DNA from: Pseudomonadota bacterium
Lineage (GTDB): Bacteria > Desulfobacterota > Desulfobacteria > Desulfobacterales > RPRI01
Length of the DNA stretch: 64,000 bases
Assembly: GCA_043825875.1 (NCBI GenBank)
Contig: JBDRRF010000018.1
Coordinates: 1 to 64,000 of the forward strand
Direction of reading: 5' to 3'
Shown here: in pieces, positions 29,499 to 37,515 of the stretch
Numbering within the stretch: the stretch's first letter is position 1
Layout of the letters: each line of letters starts with the position of its first letter
Notes under the pieces: generated by a model
What the model saw: only the letters and a program-made list of their open reading frames with translations
What the model was told of the DNA's origin: nothing
Database searches by the model: none
Program-made: the position numbers and the translations under genes

Positions 29499-29740
29499 AA
29501 AAAGGCATCTTAAATATTTATTATCTGTTAGGCCTATAGCAGGTATAAAAATAAATCTCATAGACGGATAATTCAAGCGTATAAATCTGATTTGTTCTTT
29601 GTTCGATCAGCCTGCTATTATACATGCTTGATCTCTCCCCTTATGCCTTCTGAAGAAAAAAGTGGGTATCTATCCGTAAAGGGAGAAGTGTTTGTTTTAA
29701 TATATTTTATTTTTATTAATACTTAATGGTGCCTTTTTTT
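29499..29740 (+). ncRNA. Candidate large structured 3'-UTR/ncRNA closed by a long-range terminator-like stem
   Basis: AAAAAGGCATCTTAA / TTAATGGTGCCTTTTTTT plus several nested stems seen by eye. Confidence 0.4.
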
Positions 29741-29844
29741 GCTTAAATGTTAGTTATTTATAATTTCCCATCGTTTTTGTTTTTCCTAAAAATGTGTTAT
29801 TTTCTCATACAAGCATGATGCAACTTATTGTTTTTAATCAACTT

Positions 29845-29986
29845 GAGCCACTTTCAAAACGCCCCATTTTGGCCGATCTCAGCGTTGGGCTCAAATTTCA
29901 ATCCTCGAAATACTCACTGTATTCCTGTGGTTGATATTTTCGCCCGCCTTGAGCTTGACCAAACTGAAACGTGTTGAAAGTGGCTC
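29845..29986 (+). mobile_element. MITE-like repeat, family A, copy 4
   Basis: GAGCCACTTTCAAAACG...TGAAAGTGGCTC. Confidence 0.88.
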
Positions 29987-30047
29987 AACTCACATAAAAA
30001 TTTCTTGTCATATAGACGAGCTATGTTCAGTTATTTTTGGGGAAAAC

Positions 30048-31391
30048 ATGCCTGATATACTGCTTATTCTGATTTGCCTGCTTGGTATCTTATCTTTAAT
30101 TCTTATTATTCTCATTTTAAAACGCAAGCCGGAAGATATACAAATAAAGCTTAAAAATAATTTTGAAGAACTTGAAAAACATGTGGCAAATATTGAAAGC
30201 ATCGTAAAAAAAGAGTTTTTCGAAAACCGCAAAGAATATTTCGACAATTCTAAATCTGCCCGTGAAGAACAGGGTGCTTCATTGAAGGACTTTGGCGATT
30301 CACTATCAAAACGAATAGCCGAAATAGCAGGCATGCAGAAAAACCAGCTTGATACCTTTTCAAAACAACTCCTTGATATGACAAGATTAAACGAAGAAAA
30401 GCTTGAGTCTATGCGACTTACAATGGAATCACGCTTAAGTACCATGCAGGAAGAAAACAGTAAAAAGCTTGAACTAATGCGAGCAACCGTTGACGAAAAA
30501 CTTCATAATACTCTTGAGACACGTCTTGGAGAATCTTTCAAGCAGGTTAGCGAACGCCTTGAACAGGTTTACAAAGGCCTTGGAGAAATGAGAAGCCTTG
30601 CTACCGGCGTTGGTGATTTAAAAAAGGTGCTTACAAATGTTAAAACCCGCGGAACCTGGGGAGAAATTCAGCTTGGTGCACTTCTCGAGCAAATTCTTTC
30701 ACCCGAACAGTACGAAGCAAATGTTGCAACTAAAAAAGACAGCCGGGAAAGAGTGGAATTTGCCATAAAACTTCCGGGCCAAGACCCTACAGGACACCAT
30801 GTTGTCTGGATGCCTATAGATGCAAAATTTCCGCAGGAAGATTATCAGCGTCTTCTTGATGCGCAAGATGCCGCCGATAAAGATCTTGCCGAAAGATCTC
30901 TTAAAAATCTTGAAATAAGAATAAAGGCCGAAGCAAAAGATATAAGAGATAAATATTTATGCCCTCCCGATACAACCGATTTCGCCCTTATGTTTATTCC
31001 TACAGAAGGCCTGTATGCGGAGATAATCCGGCGACCCGGGCTGTGCGATATCTTACAGCGGGAGTATAGAATTGTGGTTACAGGGCCCACGACCCTTGCT
31101 GCTTTATTAAACAGTCTGCAGATGGGATTTAAAACTCTTGCGATTGAAAAACGTTCAAGTGAGATCTGGCAGCTTTTGGGAACCGTTAAATCCGAGTTCA
31201 GAAAATTCGGTGATGTTCTGGCAAAAACCAAAAAGAAGCTTGATGAAGCTTCAAAAACAATTGAAAACGCCGAGACAAGAACCCGCGCCATTGAACGCAG
31301 TCTTAGGTCAGTACAGGAAACGCCTTCACCGTCTTCGGAATTGCCTGGATGCGAAACAAATGAAGTATCTATACAAGTACCAAGCGACTAA
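30048..31391 (+). CDS. rmuC: DNA recombination protein RmuC
   Basis: KTRGTWGE.QL, PIDAKFP, TTDFALMF.PTEGLYAE, GPTTL.ALLNSL; ATG 30048 (longer ORF start falls inside the MITE). Confidence 0.93.
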   Translation: MPDILLILICLLGILSLILIILILKRKPEDIQIKLKNNFEELEKHVANIESIVKKEFFENRKEYFDNSKSAREEQGASLKDFGDSLSKRIAEIAGMQKNQLDTFSKQLLDMTRLNEEKLESMRLTMESRLSTMQEENSKKLELMRATVDEKLHNTLETRLGESFKQVSERLEQVYKGLGEMRSLATGVGDLKKVLTNVKTRGTWGEIQLGALLEQILSPEQYEANVATKKDSRERVEFAIKLPGQDPTGHHVVWMPIDAKFPQEDYQRLLDAQDAADKDLAERSLKNLEIRIKAEAKDIRDKYLCPPDTTDFALMFIPTEGLYAEIIRRPGLCDILQREYRIVVTGPTTLAALLNSLQMGFKTLAIEKRSSEIWQLLGTVKSEFRKFGDVLAKTKKKLDEASKTIENAETRTRAIERSLRSVQETPSPSSELPGCETNEVSIQVPSD

Positions 31392-31422
31392 GTACTCCAT
31401 TTCATAATTTTGGTGCCATATC

Positions 31423-31456
31423 GACCATGAGACTGTGGCACAATAGTCTCATGGTC
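31423..31456. terminator. Hairpin between convergent genes (probable bidirectional terminator)
   Basis: GACCATGAGACT / AGTCTCATGGTC 12-bp perfect stem. Confidence 0.6.
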
Positions 31457-31516
31457 AAATTTACAAATACGTAACCGAATTCATGAAACTCTACTAAGGC
31501 TCCGATAAAGTAACTG

Positions 31517-31939
31517 TCAGCTTATTGCTGCCGTTAATTTATCTCCGTCCACATTGGCAGTATATTGTGTTACCGGATGAGGAGCAGGGCCATAAATTTT
31601 ATTTCCGCTAAAATCATAAGTGGACTTGCTTACGCTGCAACATTGAACAGTATTTGTCCCGGGAACAGGATCAAGACGGCGGTGTCCTACATGCGAGCAA
31701 CGGTTCTTGAAAACATGATGCTTTCCGTCTTCTCCAAGAAATACAAGTATTCGTACCGGAAGGTCTTTTCCTTCCAGACGAACAGCACCACCCGGTTGTT
31801 TAAGCTCAGGAGCTTTATTTAAGTCAAGAGTAAGTTTGCCGCCGGAATAGCTCCAGCAAGTTGAGTCTTTGGGCTCAGATGTGGCAGGACGGCCCAGCAT
31901 ACGTTGAAAGAAACTTCTTTTCAAAATTTTGACATCCAT
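31517..31939 (-). CDS. Rieske-like ferredoxin domain protein (non-canonical ligands)
   Basis: NRCSH...VQCCSV..STYD..G....GPA. Confidence 0.65.
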   Translation of the reverse strand: MDVKILKRSFFQRMLGRPATSEPKDSTCWSYSGGKLTLDLNKAPELKQPGGAVRLEGKDLPVRILVFLGEDGKHHVFKNRCSHVGHRRLDPVPGTNTVQCCSVSKSTYDFSGNKIYGPAPHPVTQYTANVDGDKLTAAIS

Positions 31940-32017
31940 ATTTTTTCTCCTTTAACCCCGATTTGCTTTGATGTTTAGATGATAAGGTAACAGTAAAAAT
32001 TTATTGTTTTCAATGAA

Positions 32018-32446
32018 TCATTTGCTTTTTTTCTCAATTTTTTCTTTAATCCCGGAATCAAATTTTTCTTTATTGATTATAAATCTCTCATGTTTTCCTT
32101 TTGCTATCATATCTATATCATCATACGCCTCTACTTCAAAAACCAAGCGTCGTCTGTCAACCTCGATAAGTTTTACTTTCGCTGTTGCCTCAAATCCTGC
32201 CGGAGTTGCAGCAGTATGCTTTAAATCAAAATGCGTACCCACAGTCTGTTCAGCCGGCCAGTCAAGGTAAGGATTTAAGGCCTTAATACATGCCCACTCC
32301 AAAAATCCAACCAGAAATCCTGTGGCAAATACTTCCGGCATTTGCTGGAATTCTTCAGATTCGGGATAAAGAGCCGGGACAAGCTTTGATTTTGAAATTT
32401 GGAATTTAAATTCGTATTCAATTCCGGGTTTCAGTGTATCTTTCAT
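32018..32446 (-). CDS. FlK-like hotdog-fold thioesterase
   Basis: VFATGFLVG.LE.AC, TVGT....H.AATP.G, G.HER. Confidence 0.85.
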   Translation of the reverse strand: MKDTLKPGIEYEFKFQISKSKLVPALYPESEEFQQMPEVFATGFLVGFLEWACIKALNPYLDWPAEQTVGTHFDLKHTAATPAGFEATAKVKLIEVDRRRLVFEVEAYDDIDMIAKGKHERFIINKEKFDSGIKEKIEKKSK

Positions 32447-32800
32447 TTACAGTCTCCAGTTTATTACTTTTGTTGAACATAATCAGGATATAATGGAAAC
32501 ATTTAACCACGCTTTACCTGCAAAACCTTTATGAGGGTAACTTGCCGGAGCAATCGGGTTAATTATAAGATACTAAAGTATCTGTTTTTCGAATAGTTAT
32601 ATCTTTACAGCAATTTTTCTTTAAAATCAAATATGTTTATATTCAAAAATTAAAGATTGGATAGTCTGCCCCAATTGAAGATAAATAAACTGGCCAAGAA
32701 GTAAAATAAAGAGAGCGCTCCATGTTATGAATATTTGAGTCCTATAAATTTTATCAAGATAGACCCATAAAGGGATTTTGTCTTTTTTCATAATCGTAAG

Positions 32801-32930
32801 GTATGACGGGGCCAGTCACCAAGCGGCGGAAAATAAAGCAAAACGCCTTAAAAGGAAGATAAGTCAATTTGCGACTTACTTCCAAAAACCGCTTGCCATA
32901 GCCGCTCTTTTGAAGTGGCTTTGTTAAGTG
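32801..32930 (-). other. attC site
   Basis: Minus strand CACTTAAC-AAAGCCAC...GAGCGGC / GCCGCTT...GTCATAC; left box complementary to cassette start GTTAAGTG. Confidence 0.75.
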
Positions 32931-33229
32931 TGATCTTTGTTACGGCAGTGCTTTTCAATAAACACTTTCAAAAAGCTATCCGTTTCTTCATTATCGGCTA
33001 ACCAATCGTAGCCAAACCAATTATCCCATCCGGACAAAATTATCATTTTCCCACGATAATAACTTGGATGTATCGCTTGATCTGTAACTGGTGGTATATA
33101 TGTCCCTTTTCTGTGGAAACCATACCTGAGCATCAGCAAAAGGCTGACCTTCCATGAACGCCAAAATGAAAAGGTGCTTATTCTTAATCTTCCATTATGT
33201 GTAGTATGGAACTCAAATCCTTTATCCAT
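32924..33229 (-). CDS. Hypothetical protein, cassette gene
   Basis: ATG 33229 just after the GTTAAGTG core; GWDNWFGY motif; TAA lies in CACTTAAC. Confidence 0.7.
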   Translation of the reverse strand: MDKGFEFHTTHNGRLRISTFSFWRSWKVSLLLMLRYGFHRKGTYIPPVTDQAIHPSYYRGKMIILSGWDNWFGYDWLADNEETDSFLKVFIEKHCRNKDHT

Positions 33230-33238
33230 ATATGACTT

Positions 33239-33351
33239 CACTTAACGCCGCAAATCACGGGCCGGGCGACGAATCACGAAAGCGGTTTAAAAAAAGAAAG
33301 CCTTCAATCACTGAACGCTCCCGCCCGGATCAGTGCATTTGTTTGTTCGGC
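33239..33351 (-). other. attC site
   Basis: Minus strand GCCGAAC-AAACAAATGCAC..CCGGGCG / CGCCCGG..GTGATTTG..GTTAAGT; left box complementary to cassette start GTTCGGC. Confidence 0.8.
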
Positions 33352-33768
33352 TTTCGGGTTATTAAATTCGTCAGCGGTCCACCATATTATTTCCTTGATG
33401 TTCGATTCTGCTGACAAAATATTATTCAAATAATTGGCTATCTCTGTGACTTTTTCAACTGTTCTTATTTTCTTGAAAAACCGTCTGATAAAAGGCTTAC
33501 TTGGCTCTATAAAACATAAGAATCCATCTGGATATTCATCGTAATTACCGCATCCAATCCAGAGCTTAAAACTATCGTTCTTTATTGGGATAACCCAGCC
33601 CCAATCTTCAGAAAATATTTCCTCAACTGGAACAGCATATCCCTTCAGACCGTTGTAAATATATTCAGCAAGTCTTTTGCCCCAGCGATGTGGATTAACG
33701 TCATTTTCTTCACCAGAGTAAGCTGGAAATAAGTCAGATTTGAATTCTACATATGTTTTCATATTCAT
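33304..33768 (-). CDS. Hypothetical protein, cassette gene
   Basis: ATG 33768, 9 nt after the GTTCGGC core; EDWGW motif; reads into its attC. Confidence 0.7.
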   Translation of the reverse strand: MNMKTYVEFKSDLFPAYSGEENDVNPHRWGKRLAEYIYNGLKGYAVPVEEIFSEDWGWVIPIKNDSFKLWIGCGNYDEYPDGFLCFIEPSKPFIRRFFKKIRTVEKVTEIANYLNNILSAESNIKEIIWWTADEFNNPKAEQTNALIRAGAFSD

Positions 33769-33782
33769 TGAAATCACGCCGA

Positions 33783-33842
33783 ACAAGTTGTTGAGCATTT
33801 CTGTATATCTTCATATTTAGAGAGATATCCGGAAAGATAAAA
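33783..33842 (-). other. attI-like leader, copy 2
   Basis: Cassette-sense ...CAGAAATGCTCAAC-AACTT-GTTCGGC (AAC-N5-GTT simple site). Confidence 0.65.
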
Positions 33843-33948
33843 ATTATTTTAATTTTTCTAAACCAATCGACAATCGTTTAATTTAATTTGAAATTACATA
33901 TAATTTATTGGCTAAAATTTCTATAGTATATTTTTATGTGGGATCGTC

Positions 33949-34055
33949 TTATATTTCAGAATCTGTTAGCCCTGCTTCTTTAAATCCTTTTTTCTTAAAC
34001 AGCAGCTATCGCAAAGGCCGCATGTGCTGCCATCAGGATCTGGATCGTAACAGCT
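33949..34055 (-). pseudogene. Duplicated, diverged 3' end of queC
   Basis: SCYDPDPDGSTCGLCDSC.LR, with a 1-nt deletion relative to queC 34795-34902. Confidence 0.85.
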
Positions 34056-34065
34056 GTTCCGGCAG

Positions 34066-34139
34066 GTGTAACACTCAATTAACCGGAGGGCCTGAAACGC
34101 CGCGGTAGCGTTAAAGGCCGGTCAGCTTTAAGTTACAGG
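34066..34139 (-). other. attC-like site after toxin-antitoxin pair
   Basis: Minus strand CCTGTAAC...ACCGGCCT / AGGCC..CCGGT...GTTACAC. Confidence 0.6.
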
Positions 34140-34367
34140 CTAAGCAATTTTCTTTTTTAGAATATCTTTGTCCAAATCAAGGGTGTAAGATAAGATCGTA
34201 TCGATATTCATTTTCTTGGATGCCTTAAGGATTTCAATACCTGTAAATTTTCCATCAGTTGTAGTATCAACATTTATACCCTCTGCGATTTCAATAACAC
34301 CATCTGGTTTTTGATCACCAAGGCTAAGATATAAAGCATCTACTTCTTCATCATAATGTACTTTCAT
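34140..34367 (-). CDS. DUF2283-family protein (putative antitoxin)
   Basis: MKV.YD.EVDALY..L, G...GIEIL.AS. Confidence 0.85.
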   Translation of the reverse strand: MKVHYDEEVDALYLSLGDQKPDGVIEIAEGINVDTTTDGKFTGIEILKASKKMNIDTILSYTLDLDKDILKKKIA

Positions 34368-34591
34368 TATTTCCTTCCTTTCTTCAAAGGATAATTCGTA
34401 ACCACGGTTATAATGTTTCCCTCAACAATTACGACAATCTTTATGGGATATTTAAATCCGGGAACATCTTTGATTAATTCATGTTCACCATCATGCAATT
34501 CCAATCCAATTAATATTTCCTCAATGGTTGATTCCGGTATATTATAAAGTTTTGATCTTCGTTTTGCATGTCGTGAGTAGTGAATTATCAT
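34367..34591 (-). CDS. DUF4258-family protein (putative RNase toxin)
   Basis: YSRHA..R....I....IE, I.VV.......VVT.YP; TAATG overlap with DUF2283 gene. Confidence 0.75.
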   Translation of the reverse strand: MIIHYSRHAKRRSKLYNIPESTIEEILIGLELHDGEHELIKDVPGFKYPIKIVVIVEGNIITVVTNYPLKKGRK

Positions 34592-34629
34592 TTTATATTG
34601 CCCCCTACATCAATTTTCTCACATACCAG

Positions 34630-34690
34630 ACAAGTTAATTGTATAGTTCTGTATATCTTCACAGTTATAGTATTATCAGGAAAGACAAAA
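34630..34690 (-). other. attI-like leader, copy 3 (contains CTGT-N8-ACAG at 34649-34664)
   Basis: Homologous to 23758 and 33783 motifs. Confidence 0.55.
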
Positions 34691-34794
34691 ACTATTTACA
34701 TTCTTATAATCAATCAGCAATGATCTGTTATTATATGAAAATATATATAATTTATTGGCAGATATTTCAATAATATATTTTATGTGGAAACGCT

Positions 34795-35475
34795 TTATAT
34801 TGCAGGATCTGTTAACCCTGCTTCTTCAAACCCTTTTTTCCTTAAAAAGCAGCTATCGCAAAGACCGCATGCGCTGCCGTCGGGGCCGGGATCATAGCAG
34901 CTATGGGTTAGTGAATAATCAACTCCGAGTTCTATTCCTTTCTTGATAATCTGGGCTTTTGTCATTTTAATTAAGGGAGTATTAATTTTGAGGCGATTTT
35001 GACCTTCTACCCCGGCTTTTGTTGCAAGGTTTGCCATGCGTTCGAATGCTTTGATAAATTCGGGCCTGCAATCGGGATAGCCGCTGTAATCAATAGCATT
35101 AACACCTATAAATATATCAACAGATTTCATTACTTCGGCCCAGGCAAGTGCATGAGATAGGAAAATGGTGTTTCTTGCAGGAACATATGTAACAGGTATT
35201 CCTTTGCTTATTGAATTAAGCGATCTTGATTTAGGGACTTTAATATCAGCTGTTAAAGCTGATCCACCGATTTTATCAAGATCAATATTTATTATAATAT
35301 GCTTCTTTGCTTTAAATACTTCTGCTATCTTTTTTGCCGCATTGAGTTCATGAAAATGGCGTTGACCGTAAAAAAAACTCATGCCAAAAAGATCAAACCC
35401 TTCATGTTTTGCAATAGCCATTACGGTTGTGGAATCAAGGCCTCCGCTTAAAAGTACTATGGCTTTTTTTCGCAT
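34795..35475 (-). CDS. queC: 7-cyano-7-deazaguanine synthase
   Basis: [24 protein letters not shown]...CG.CDSC. Confidence 0.96.
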   Translation of the reverse strand: MRKKAIVLLSGGLDSTTVMAIAKHEGFDLFGMSFFYGQRHFHELNAAKKIAEVFKAKKHIIINIDLDKIGGSALTADIKVPKSRSLNSISKGIPVTYVPARNTIFLSHALAWAEVMKSVDIFIGVNAIDYSGYPDCRPEFIKAFERMANLATKAGVEGQNRLKINTPLIKMTKAQIIKKGIELGVDYSLTHSCYDPGPDGSACGLCDSCFLRKKGFEEAGLTDPAI

Positions 35476-35494
35476 TTTATTTCCCTTAAGTTAC

Positions 35495-36139
35495 TTATAC
35501 GCCTCTTAATATATCTGGCCAGATTATTTTATGTAATTGAATTTGGAGCCGAACACTTAATTTATCTTTTAGTATCCATTTCGCCAAATCCGATAATTCT
35601 ATTGTATTATAGATAGGAGAAAAAAGAATATTTCCCCGGGGAAAGATTTCAGGTATTTGTTTTACGATTTTTTTTGCAAAATCATAATCATTTCTATTTC
35701 CCATTATAAATTTGACCTGGTCTTTTTTGCCAAGCTTATTTAAATTATCAAGATCGTTTTTTGAAGACATTTCGCTTGACGGGCATTTTATATCAACAAT
35801 TTTAATGCATCGTTTATCGATACTGCTTATATCAATACTTCCGTTTGTTTCAAGCAAAACAGTATAATTGTCATCTAAAAGTTTTTCTATTAATACCGGG
35901 GCTTCTTCCTGTAATAAAGGTTCTCCACCGGTAATTTCAACCAAAGAGCAGCCAAAACCTGAAATTTTTGTTATAAGGTTATCTATTTCTATTTCAGTAC
36001 CTTCATCATATGCATATTGTGTGTCACAGTAATTGCATCTTAAGTTGCAGCCGGTAAGCCTTATAAAAGTGCAAGGTAACCCGCTGTATAAAGATTCACC
36101 CTGTATGCTGTAAAAAATTTCATTAACTAATAATGTCAT
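35495..36139 (-). CDS. queE: 7-carboxy-7-deazaguanine synthase (radical SAM)
   Basis: EIFYSIQGE, GCNLRCNYCDT, TGGEP, LETNG, QLHK. Confidence 0.93.
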   Translation of the reverse strand: MTLLVNEIFYSIQGESLYSGLPCTFIRLTGCNLRCNYCDTQYAYDEGTEIEIDNLITKISGFGCSLVEITGGEPLLQEEAPVLIEKLLDDNYTVLLETNGSIDISSIDKRCIKIVDIKCPSSEMSSKNDLDNLNKLGKKDQVKFIMGNRNDYDFAKKIVKQIPEIFPRGNILFSPIYNTIELSDLAKWILKDKLSVRLQIQLHKIIWPDILRGV

Positions 36140-36361
36140 ATCCCTAAGCCTAATTGCATAAATTTCTTATAACTGTTCATAAAGACATTGTTTATTTACA
36201 TCAATATTATAATAAATAGCAAACCATAATGGCCGTTTCTATTGTAATTAAAAAACTGCTTGACATGCATGATTCGAAAATATAAAAATATAGGTAAGTT
36301 TTAGTCAATTTTGACAAAGACTTATCAAAAACATTTATTAAGGACAAAATACTAAGGAAAT

Positions 36362-36439
36362 ATGATGAATACAATAACAGGCAGATTTTACGGTTTCTAT
36401 TATTATTATTTTAGCACCGGTCTGCCTGCGCTGCGTTGA
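36362..36439 (+). CDS. Tyr/Phe-rich attenuator leader peptide (MMNTITGRFYGFYYYYFSTGLPALR)
   Basis: AAGGA RBS; 5 Tyr + 3 Phe within 9 codons; upstream of the aromatic biosynthesis operon. Confidence 0.85.
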   Translation: MMNTITGRFYGFYYYYFSTGLPALR

Positions 36440-36459
36440 GGTAACTACATACTAAACGC

Positions 36460-36499
36460 AAAAAGCCATGGGCGGATTCCCGGAACCCACGGCTTTTTT
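36460..36499 (+). terminator. Attenuator terminator 1
   Basis: AAAAAGCCATGGG...CCCACGGCTTTTTT. Confidence 0.75.
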
Positions 36500-36507
36500 A
36501 GTTTTAT

Positions 36508-36541
36508 AGGCCGTGGAGAAGGTAATCTTCACGGCCTTTTT
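36508..36541 (+). terminator. Attenuator terminator 2
   Basis: AGGCCGTGGAGA-loop-TCTTCACGGCCT-TTTT. Confidence 0.7.
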
Positions 36542-36688
36542 GCATTATTATACCAAGTTTCATTCAAAAAGATAGCAAGGCGGCAAGGAGGTTTTCCCGC
36601 AGGCGTATATGTAACGCTAAGGACAGAACCTTTGATGCAAACGCAGCTATAATTTGAATGCGGCTTGGTATTACGGGAGGAGTTTAAA

Positions 36689-37486
36689 ATGACAATTATA
36701 GGAAAGCAAGTCAGGATGGAGCGCATTATGAACCGCAATACCGGTAAAACCGTTATTGTTCCGATGGATCACGGCATTTCCGTAGGACCTATCGAAGGTC
36801 TTCAGGATATGAAAAGCGCTGTGCATATGGTTTCAGACGGCGGGGCAAATGCAATCGTAGAACATAAAGGTCTTGTGGGAGCAGGACACAGAAGGGGTGG
36901 AAGAGATATAGGGCTCATTATTCATCTTTCCGCCTCAACAAGCCTTTCTCCAAATCCGAATGCAAAAACTCTTGTTTGTTCGGTTGAAGAAGCAATCAAA
37001 CTTGGTGCTGATGCTGTTTCAATACATGTTAATATCGGCAATGGTTCGGAAAAAGATATGCTAAGAGATTTTGGAATGGTTGCCTATGAAGCAAAAACCT
37101 GGGGCATGCCGCTTCTTGCAATGATCTATCCAAGAGGAGAAAAAATTAAAGATGAGTATGATGTAAATTATATTAAGCATGCCGCCCGTGTTGGTGATGA
37201 AATAGGCGCAGATATAGTTAAAGTATCCTATACCGGTTCGGCTGAGTCATTCAAAGAGGTTGTAGACGGATGTTCGATTCCTGTTGTGATTGCAGGCGGA
37301 GCAAAAATGAATTCGGACAGGGAAATCCTGGAAATGGTAAAGGGTTCAATAGAAGCAGGAGGCGCAGGCGCTTCAATCGGGCGAAATGTGTTTCAGCATA
37401 AAAATCCTGCAAAAATGGTTCAGGCTATATCATCAATTGTGCATAATAATGCAAGTGTTGAGGATGCGCTTAAAATTGTTGAATAA
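36689..37486 (+). CDS. aroA': 2-amino-3,7-dideoxy-D-threo-hept-6-ulosonate synthase (DhnA-type class I aldolase, AroA')
   Basis: PMDHG, HLSAST, GADAVS.HVN, GAD.VK, AGG, GRNVFQ; followed by DHQ synthase II. Confidence 0.88.
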   Translation: MTIIGKQVRMERIMNRNTGKTVIVPMDHGISVGPIEGLQDMKSAVHMVSDGGANAIVEHKGLVGAGHRRGGRDIGLIIHLSASTSLSPNPNAKTLVCSVEEAIKLGADAVSIHVNIGNGSEKDMLRDFGMVAYEAKTWGMPLLAMIYPRGEKIKDEYDVNYIKHAARVGDEIGADIVKVSYTGSAESFKEVVDGCSIPVVIAGGAKMNSDREILEMVKGSIEAGGAGASIGRNVFQHKNPAKMVQAISSIVHNNASVEDALKIVE

Positions 37487-37515
37487 TTTTTCATAATTAT
37501 ATAAAGGATTGAAAG

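Noticed and set aside
33908..34946. Two similar + strand ORFs (33908-34108, 34755-34946) as a small gene family
   Set aside because: They are antisense shadows of the duplicated queC 3' end
34795..36139. queE-queC as a Dpd/Qat-type DNA-modification or defence system
   Set aside because: Both look like canonical preQ0 enzymes; no dpdA, ATPase or TatD partner nearby
36561..36660. Possible riboswitch or T-box between attenuator and aroA'
   Set aside because: No T-box or known aptamer motif recognised; ATTCAAA...TTTGAAT ends suggest a degenerate repeat, but there is no second copy in the window to support a call
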